A stretch of 32,841 bases of DNA from Oopsacas minuta. Taxonomy: Eukaryota; Animalia; Porifera. The stretch spans positions 1-32,841 of the forward strand of contig JAKMXF010000075.1 in NCBI GenBank assembly GCA_024704765.1, in the 5' to 3' direction. Every line of letters begins with the position of its first letter. The stretch's first letter is position 1. Below, one piece after another: positions 1 to 7,079 of the stretch. The position numbers and the translations under genes are program-made. Below the pieces are notes generated by a model. That model made no database searches. It saw only the letters and a list, made by a program, of their open reading frames with translations, and was not told the DNA's origin.

Positions 1-224
1 TCAGTTCTGTAACTAGAATAATGAAACAATTCAAATAATATAACTTATCTATTTGACTATAAGTAATGAGCTCTAACTATAAATACAAATCAATACAGAG
101 ACCTATAATTAAAGGAATTCAAATAGAATACAGTATATTCTGCTATTCTTATATCAAATCAATATTTGATATGATAGTCCTAACTTGTCCTCTCATGCGA
201 TACATAGAGTCACTTAAAGTTTGA

Positions 225-369
225 AATTGGAATTACTTATTGATTCTCATTAGCACAGAATTCTCTATGGGAATTCTTTGGGTTTTCCCAAGTGGGGTCT
301 CTCACATGGGGATCGTTCCTATTTCCCACAAGATATCCATAAGATTCCTTCTCATTCCTAAGGCAACCC
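225..369. mobile_element. Fragment (right half) of the hAT-type MITE family also at 6926-7050
   Basis: ATGGGAAT/TTCCCA-rich interior ending ...TTCCTAAGGCAACCCG, resembling the ...TTCCCATGGCAACCCTA end of the 6926-7050 copy. No left TIR or TSD found; boundaries approximate. Confidence 0.45.
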
Positions 370-619
370 GAGGGACGCCTCCACGGGGCGCATAGTGGGC
401 TATACCCCCTAGGCAAGATCTCGTGCCCCAGGTCATGCCCTTGGCACAATATCCAAACTGTAAAATTTCGCCTCCCTTTACTCGCATAATAATTAGAAAT
501 GTCAACTCATGGGTATATACAAATGTAACTAGAGGTCAATTATCAATATTAGAAATAAAACTAATAACTAATTCTGTAATCTTGTTACGAATAATTGTAG
601 TAGTTTCTGGAGAGTTAGA

Positions 620-1228
620 AGTGGTGTTCAAGTGATGGGAGGAAGTTATACGTCTGCGGTATGCCTCCCATTCTTGTGGTTTTTCTTCCTTGACCTGGTG
701 GTACTGCACGTCAAGGGAGCAGTTCGACAAAATGATATAGTGCGATGCTGCATTTAGGGAGATTAACACCCTTAACTTCGAGAAGTGGGGACTTGAATCG
801 CAACAGGCGTTCCATTAGTACTGCCCAATGAACTCATTAAATATCTGAACTCGTTCGAACGAGTACCCTTCAAAACAGCGGTCTCCAGGAGATTTCTTGT
901 AGAAGGATTGTCCGAATCCACGCAAAGTTGTAGTAGTTTTTCATGTCATGTGGAGCCACACATATACAACACTTGGGATTGGGCTACATGACTTTGAGTT
1001 TGATTGTATGAACTCGTACTCTTCGGGCTGCTCCCAGGTGAGATCGAAAGAGGATGCTCCGTCGACGAGTCGCTTATATATATTACACTTTCTTTGGAGT
1101 TTGGACGCCGGGGGAGATCCTCTTAGGATTTGGTATCTCGTGGGGGATTCCCCACTGGTCATACGACGAGCCCATTTGAGTGTAGTCAATGGCTGCATCG
1201 ATGTGACTGGGGAGACAGGTTCCTGCAC
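620..1228 (-). pseudogene. Decayed CRESS-DNA-virus/pCRESS-type Rep, SF3 helicase half (candidate endogenous viral element)
   Basis: Track ORFs 941..1327 and 536..769 are in the same minus frame. Reading through two stops gives VVYVW..*KTT (Walker A, TGA at 943-941 where Gly is expected), FYKKSPGDRCFEGYSFERVQIFNEFIGQY (Walker B region, 844-830), IILSN (motif C, 736-722) and QY...EWEAYRRRI (Arg finger, 659-648). LLEVKG (motif B', EVKG at 779-768) lies in a compensated shifted frame. The segment is visibly more GC-rich than its flanks. Confidence 0.75.
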
Positions 1229-1354
1229 ACAGTAAAAGAGTATCATAAATAAGCTATAGTCCGAGCTGATGTATTTCTGTAAGTAATGAAAAATATACAA
1301 CCAGACATACTCTGTCGGATGAATCATACTATTGCGGACAAGGTTTATTTCAAA

Positions 1355-1401
1355 AGGCAGAAACTAGCATCAAGCGTAAAACTTGATACTAGTTTCTGCC
1401 T
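1355..1401. repeat. Hairpin: 20-bp stem (1 mismatch), 7-nt loop
   Basis: AGGCAGAAACTAGCATCAAG (1355-1374) - CGTAAAA - CTTGATACTAGTTTCTGCCT (1382-1401); 19/20 positions complementary. Confidence 0.9.
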
Positions 1402-1769
1402 ATTTGAATTATTTAACATCGAATTGGCAGTGTGGGAATTTAGCATATTCTGGACCATTATAACAACGGTGCAATTGGGCATTGCCATACTGTCTTTCTA
1501 TACTTAATGGCCCTTACACCAACAGTCATGTGAAATTCCATAAAAGATTATTTCTTTATTTCCAACTTAATCAGGGATATGGAAAAGAGTAGTGCAAGGG
1601 CCTAGAATTCAATACTGAGGCTTCTATACGATTATTTAATATAGAATCGTTTGCCAAGAATGGATTGCGAGTCGACTGTTATTAATGTACTGAAAGCATT
1701 TTTGTCTACTTTCTCTTTGCCTAATTGAAAAATTCCTATAACTAATTTCTGTTAGAATTACTTTGATCA

Positions 1770-2740
1770 ATCTCCTCCTACAAAGCGCCTTCGAAGAACT
1801 CTACTCTAGATAATTCACAATCTGAAGAAGATCATATTATTGAAGTAAGCTCTCACAGAACTGAGACTGGGCCTGCTATTAATACAATAGCCTTTTCGAG
1901 CAGTGATTCTGGCAAGATTAGAATTCCAGATATTTGGTCTCCCGATTTGTGGAAAAGTAAAAAGAAGGATTACTCATGGTTATTTCGCAAAGATGCACTC
2001 TGAGGTGTTTAATATGCCAGAAAGTGTCTTGTCTATCCTTGCATTAGAGAAGAGGTGTTTATATCACTTCAGAATTGTCTGAAGGTCTTGTTAACTATTA
2101 TGGTGATACAAAAGAACCAAGATTGAAATCATTACGTAAGAAAATTGTTCGACATAAAACTTCTCACGGACACACTTTTTCAGAAGAAAGTATTCTAAGT
2201 GTAGAAAAGTCCTGCATTGAAACGCACATAGATAATTTGAAGCATTTACAATTAGAGGACACTAAACTAATTATTCAAGCAGCTTACTATCTTGACCGTA
2301 TACAGATCATCCCGATTTAGTTGAGCCACAACAGTTGAATTGCACTGATCTTGGGGTAGATCTTCATTCCCGCTATTCTGCAACAGAAATCATTGATCAC
2401 ATAACGTTCTAAATGAGACTTAAGATTAGTTCCCGTATACAGGAAATTGAAGGTAAAATAGTGTTAATTATTGATGAATCAATTACCATATCAAATATTT
2501 CTACACTAGTAGTTTATCTAAAGTGTGAAACTTCAAAGCTAGAAAGTCCGAAATTCATGTTTTTGGATCTCATTGAACTGGCAAAGCAGGATGCCTCAAC
2601 TATTCTGGGTACTCTACTGAATTGAATGGAGAGTTACGGAGTTAATAATTTAGATTATCTTAGCCAACATTTATTCGGATTTGCTTCTGCTGGCGCGAGC
2701 GTTTGCGATAAAATATCCAAATATCATTCTCTGGCACTGC
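1770..2740 (+). mobile_element. hAT-family transposase remnant (KIAA1586/ZNF862-like), with stops and frameshifts
   Basis: Fragments IPDIWSPDLWKSKKKDYSWLF, RHKTSHGH, IVLIIDESITIS (first catalytic Asp at 2473), FMFLDLIELAKQDASTILGTLL and GFASAGASV (SDGASV motif with D->A). Boundaries approximate. Confidence 0.75.
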
Positions 2741-2829
2741 TTAAACAATCGTCTAGAGTTATCTGTATCTGACACAATTTAGAGAATAATTATATCAATC
2801 ACTTCAAAATTTTTTTGATAAATTATATA

Positions 2830-3084
2830 CAGTAGAACCTCCGAGATCTGGGCAATTAACCCTATGGTAGTTACAACCCATAATGTACATATGAGTTCCC
2901 TCAGCTATTCAAATTCTGTTATTAAGTTTACATACTGTATACAAAAGTAATCCAATATGAAATATAGTAACTGAAGTCAACGTTAGTATGAGGAGAATTA
3001 TATGAAATGGTGAAATTCTTTTGGACTGATATAAAATAAGGGTGCCCGGTTGAGGGAGGTGCCCGTATCTTGGAGGTTTGACTG
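2830..3084. mobile_element. Tc1/mariner (pogo/Tigger-like) MITE, 255 bp
   Basis: TIRs CAGTAGAACCTCCGAGATCTGGGCA and reverse complement CAGTCAAACCTCCAAGATACGGGCA (20/25 identical); TA on both sides (2828-2829, 3085-3086). Confidence 0.8.
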
Positions 3085-3119
3085 TACTTATATTCACGTT
3101 AGTTTTTGTTAAATATTTG

Positions 3120-3252
3120 CTATATTAGACAGCAAAATGTGATGTTTGGTTCAGATTCATACTTACAGAGGAGACATTTACACTTGTTTCCTTTCTTTCC
3201 TTCAATTCCATTTTATATGCACCGTCAAATGCAGAGATTGCTAGCTCTTCTC
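3120..3252 (-). pseudogene. Out-of-frame C-terminal SET/post-SET tail of the TPR-SET gene
   Basis: Adding one G after GCT (3255-3253) gives RDVKAGEELAISAFDGAYKMELKERKET. A second shift gives CKCLLCKYE (CxCxxC at 3182-3165), the typical post-SET zinc ligands. Confidence 0.75.
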
Positions 3253-4857
3253 AGCTTTAACGTCTCTAAATACTTTCAACAAAGAAACTTCTCCTTTCAC
3301 TACTCTCACAATATTCCCAACACAAGAGTGATTCAATAAAGATGGAATACACCAAACTCCTAGTGAGGCAGCATTAGCTACCATTTCACCTATAGTGGCT
3401 GAAGAAGGTAAATTGGTGCCACCTTCTAAAGTACACGCACCTCCCTTTTTAATCGCAATGTTGCGAATGTTCTCGATAGAGAATTTGGGAGAATCCATAT
3501 CCTTCACGAGATCATATCCCTTATAAGTATAGAGGTCGATGTTATGATAGAATGGAGATGTGTTGTTATTTTCAACTAAGTTCAAAACTCTGTAAGCGAA
3601 TAGTTTAGAAGTCTTCATTATATCAATAAACTTATGGATGAGAATTTGGAATGGAGGTGAGACAGGTTCATCAGGAAAGAGTTCAAGAGAGGGAAATACT
3701 TCCATTTTGTAATCTCGAATATAGACAGCGGCCTTAGAAACGTGTATCACCTCTCCACTTTTGATGTCACGTGTAGCGAATAACCCTCTCTTAGCACAAC
3801 CAGTGAAGCTAGATTTTTTCAGTGTTATTGGCCCGATAAAGTCAGCCATTTGTACAGAGAGACCAACTAGCACAATATGCTCTATGTCTGGCAAGTTAAT
3901 CTCACCGTGTTGTTGAGCTAGATACATATCCTCAACTCTCACCCTATCCTCAAAACTCTGTTTTACGCTATTATCTTTAGCTAGCACTACTAAATTCCTC
4001 AGTATCTCTATAGCACGCTCGTGATGGCCCATACCTGACCAGGCCATAGCTGCTCTGTAATGGAACTTGGTATCATCAGGATCTATTTCAGAAGCTGTTG
4101 TAGCATCGGAGAGAGCTGCTTCAAACTGGTTCAGTTTGATGTAACAGAGAGCTCTGTTACTGTAGAAAATAGGATCGTGTCTGTCCCCCATGATAGCTTG
4201 ACTGTATTCTACTACTGCTTCAGTGAATTTGCTCTCTTTGAATAGTTTGTTCCCTCTGTCTCTATGTTCACTGGGGAGGACGAATGGAGATGCTGGGGTA
4301 TCTGATTGCATCAGTATAACTTCCATGGGATTGTCTACTCGCATCATATACATACCATCTGCAGCTTTCTTATAATATGGGTTCAAAATTGCCATCTTAA
4401 TATCCTTACAGAATGCGTTCTGTTGCTCTAATGTCAAATTATAAATACACAATTTACAAGCTCCTCCATACTCATCTTCGATTACTGTGTGTAATGACGT
4501 CATCATATCTTTCTCAACTATCGCTTTCGCATAGAGAATTCTTTCTTTATTGATTACGCCTGGTACCATATCATGTATCTTGATGGGTGTGTATGTATTC
4601 TCGTACTTTTTTAGTTCTTGTTTACCAAATACTGTCTCTTTAGATGCAGACACCCGATCGTAACGACTTGAGTGAAATGGATGTGCTGATACTGGACATC
4701 TGTCTCTCTCATGGATCATAACCAAGTAGTCTTTACAGTAATGATATTTGTGCTGTATTTTATTCTTCGGCACTTTCTTCTTAGGTAAGGAGTTAGCTGA
4801 AGCTTCCACTTTCTTTTGCAATTTCTTTTGAACGTTATAGACATCCGAGTATGCCAT
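3241..4857 (-). CDS. TPR + SET-domain protein (putative lysine methyltransferase); intronless over the ORF; C-terminus frameshifted, so possibly a recent pseudogene
   Basis: 538-aa ORF. N-terminal domain ...VIEDEYGGACKLCIYN...AILNPYYKKAADGMYMMRVDNPMEVI; three TPR motifs (EHRDRGNKLFKESKFTEAVVEYSQAI..., IFYSNRALCYIKLNQFEAALSDA..., KFHYRAAMAWSGMGHHERAI, about 4270-3985); split SET domain (ADFIGPI...RGLFATRDIKSGE; GVWCIPSLLNHSC, NHSC at 3333-3322). A TTTCTGTTTAG acceptor-like site just upstream of the ATG suggests a possible upstream exon. Confidence 0.85.
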   Translation of the reverse strand: MAYSDVYNVQKKLQKKVEASANSLPKKKVPKNKIQHKYHYCKDYLVMIHERDRCPVSAHPFHSSRYDRVSASKETVFGKQELKKYENTYTPIKIHDMVPGVINKERILYAKAIVEKDMMTSLHTVIEDEYGGACKLCIYNLTLEQQNAFCKDIKMAILNPYYKKAADGMYMMRVDNPMEVILMQSDTPASPFVLPSEHRDRGNKLFKESKFTEAVVEYSQAIMGDRHDPIFYSNRALCYIKLNQFEAALSDATTASEIDPDDTKFHYRAAMAWSGMGHHERAIEILRNLVVLAKDNSVKQSFEDRVRVEDMYLAQQHGEINLPDIEHIVLVGLSVQMADFIGPITLKKSSFTGCAKRGLFATRDIKSGEVIHVSKAAVYIRDYKMEVFPSLELFPDEPVSPPFQILIHKFIDIMKTSKLFAYRVLNLVENNNTSPFYHNIDLYTYKGYDLVKDMDSPKFSIENIRNIAIKKGGACTLEGGTNLPSSATIGEMVANAASLGVWCIPSLLNHSCVGNIVRVVKGEVSLLKVFRDVKAEKS

Positions 4858-4925
4858 GACAGCTAAACAGAAACCATTTATGTTTTATTATACTCAAGGT
4901 TTAATTAAATATAAATTTAACATAT

Positions 4926-5037
4926 GAGCCGTTCAAACGTTACGTAACGCGTAACAGTGTGTAGTGTCACTCCATTCTTTTGTATTGAAAAACGTGACCG
5001 GGAAAGTATTAAAATATCTTCTTATTCGAAGCGGCTA
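4926..5037. mobile_element. Degenerate small MITE-like element (GAGCCGTTCAAA..TTACGTAACGC terminus family)
   Basis: Left end GAGCCGTTCAAACGTTACGTAACGC resembles both ends of 15963-16108; the right end is only weakly recognisable (TTCGAAGCGGCT). Confidence 0.35.
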
Positions 5038-5712
5038 AAGTGTCGGTGTCATATAGAAATAGTATTTTCCCCGAGAAGAATGATACATAGTATTCTTCCC
5101 ATCCTTTCCCAAATTGCACTATTACAAGTCACAATTAGTACTAAAAAGCTATTAAATCTGCATCTAATTTGAATGGAGATCAAGGAAAGCACCCATCCTG
5201 CAGATCTAATGCGAAAAAGTCCAAAGACAGGAATAAATCATTAAAATACGACAAACCATCCTCGAAGGAATTACAATCAAATCTACGAAACATAAAGTAG
5301 AAATATACAGTTACAACTAACTATTACGAAACAAATGCTATAATCTCCAGTAATTAGCAAAATACACATAACAATGATTATTCAGAATTATAAACGAAAT
5401 GGTAACATATGGAAGAAGTTTATTATGCAGGATAATTTTTAAGATTATGTATTATTCGTATTATTCGTTAATTCATAAATAACCCAACTTAAGACTAAAA
5501 TTGTAGTAAAATTTGTATTTTGAGCTCTTCACTAAATCATATCAGATAAACCTATCATCTAAGATATCAAATTTCTACCATTAAGAGTACTATACAGAAT
5601 TCAGACAATTCCGTCTTATTCAGAGTTACATTAATATTAAATTCTCAAGATTATGTGGTATCAACCTCGCTACCATTCGAGACAAAATGTTGAAGTAAGA
5701 AGGAAGTTCTAA

Positions 5713-6000
5713 TTGGAAAACAAAGTGGGGACATTATTAGATTTCGGATCATCGGTGTCTTTGATAGTAGCTGATCTGGTGAGAAGAACTAGGACCAATG
5801 TTGATAGAAACTATTCTAAACGGTTACTTTCTGCAACAGGTGACGATCTAAAAGTAATTGGACGAGTTCTGCTTCCGTTAGAAATTGGTATTGTGGGCAA
5901 ATCACGAAGTTAGTGAATTGATAACTCCGGTCATCTTGGGCAGAGATTTTCTTTCTACTCATATTTTAAAATTAGATTTCGAGAATGGTATTGTTGAATC
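5713..6000 (+). mobile_element. Gypsy-type LTR retrotransposon aspartic protease remnant (frameshifted)
   Basis: GTLLDFGSSVSLI (retropepsin LLD[ST]G motif, degenerate), LLSATGDDLKVIGRVLLPLEIG, then after a frameshift PVILGRDFL...LDF. Confidence 0.75.
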
Positions 6001-6463
6001 GCCAGTTAATTATTCCGATGCACAATGGTACCGGGTTGGAAGACTCCTTCAAAAATTCACCAGCGTTTAATAAACATTCGGAGTTAAAGAGTAGTTACGA
6101 GGAAAACAGTAAATATAATTGTCAACTGGACCAAAATCGAGTGTGAAGTTGGCAGTGCGCTGCAGCAGCAAGTTATGGGCACAACAAACGCATTATATTT
6201 CAGTCACCCTATCGGTTAATCGAGATGAAATCTCGTATGTAGCACTATCTCGTGTGGGGCTTTTCTCATATCCAATAAATAATCTCGATCACACCTACTC
6301 TCCTCACAATGACGTTGCAAATTTGTAATACAAAATCTCCATAGGGAAGCTCTATTTGTTATTTGACGATTATTTTCTTATTGACCATATCATAATACGT
6401 ATTTCCTTGTATACTATTTATTGCTTCCGTTAATCGTCGAAAATGAATAACTATTTGTATATA

Positions 6464-6647
6464 CAGTAGAACTCGGATAAGACGTACTCGGCTTAAGACG
6501 ACACTCGGTTAAGACGTACCATTTCTTATATCCCAAAATATCAGTCATCATTATTTGTAATGCAAACATATTCGGATAAGACGTACACTCGGTTAAGACT
6601 ACTAATTTCTGTTTCCCGAGCGGGTACGTCTTATCCGAGTTCTACTG
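6464..6647. mobile_element. Tc1/mariner (pogo/Tigger-like) MITE, 184 bp, probably young
   Basis: Perfect 24-bp TIRs CAGTAGAACTCGGATAAGACGTAC; TA flanks (6462-6463, 6648-6649); about five copies of an (A)CTCGG-N-TAAGAC motif including the TIR. Confidence 0.92.
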
Positions 6648-6925
6648 TATATTTATTCGTATATACTTTATTGATAATATTTGCACTTTTGGCTGATCTG
6701 ACACAACTCATTTATTCAAGTTCCAATTTCTGAAACTCCGATTGTTATCCAGAGATGTCCCAATGTGATTTCGGAATATATCAAGAACCTTAGGTATACT
6801 TGTGCTACTATTTTATGTTTTTATGGCAACAATTGTGCCTTCTGGTTCGCTTTATTCTATAGATGACATATTTTGCTAAGATAATTACTTCTTTCCAAAT
6901 TCTTTATAGATGAGCAGGAATTATC

Positions 6926-7050
6926 CAGGGTTGCCGTGGGAATGGGAATCGTAATTATCCTACGAGAAATCCCATGGGAATTCCCACGTGGCAATCTTAT
7001 GGGAATCCTGTGGGAATGGGAATTGAAATTCCTTTCCCATGGCAACCCTA
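6926..7050. mobile_element. hAT-type MITE, 125 bp
   Basis: TIRs CAGGGTTGCCGTGGGAA / reverse complement TAGGGTTGCCATGGGAA; perfect 8-bp TSD GAATTATC (6918-6925, 7051-7058). Confidence 0.92.
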
Positions 7051-7079
7051 GAATTATCCCCACCACAGATATCTCTTTC

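Noticed and set aside
237-635. Three overlapping short ORFs
   Set aside because: They overlie MITE fragments and AT-rich filler; no motifs.
1270-1327. YLQK as HUH-endonuclease motif III of the Rep
   Set aside because: A four-residue match in AT-rich sequence, with no motif I or II upstream.
1569-1600. CAGGGATATGG as left TIR of the hAT transposase remnant
   Set aside because: No matching right end or TSD found.
5150-5300. Lys/Ser-rich start-less open frame, possibly a gag remnant
   Set aside because: No zinc knuckle or other diagnostic motif.
6464-6647. Short regularly recurring CTCGG.TAAGACG repeats resembling a CRISPR array
   Set aside because: Spacers are absent or irregular, the repeats lie within perfect TIRs with TA flanks, the context is eukaryotic and no cas genes are present.
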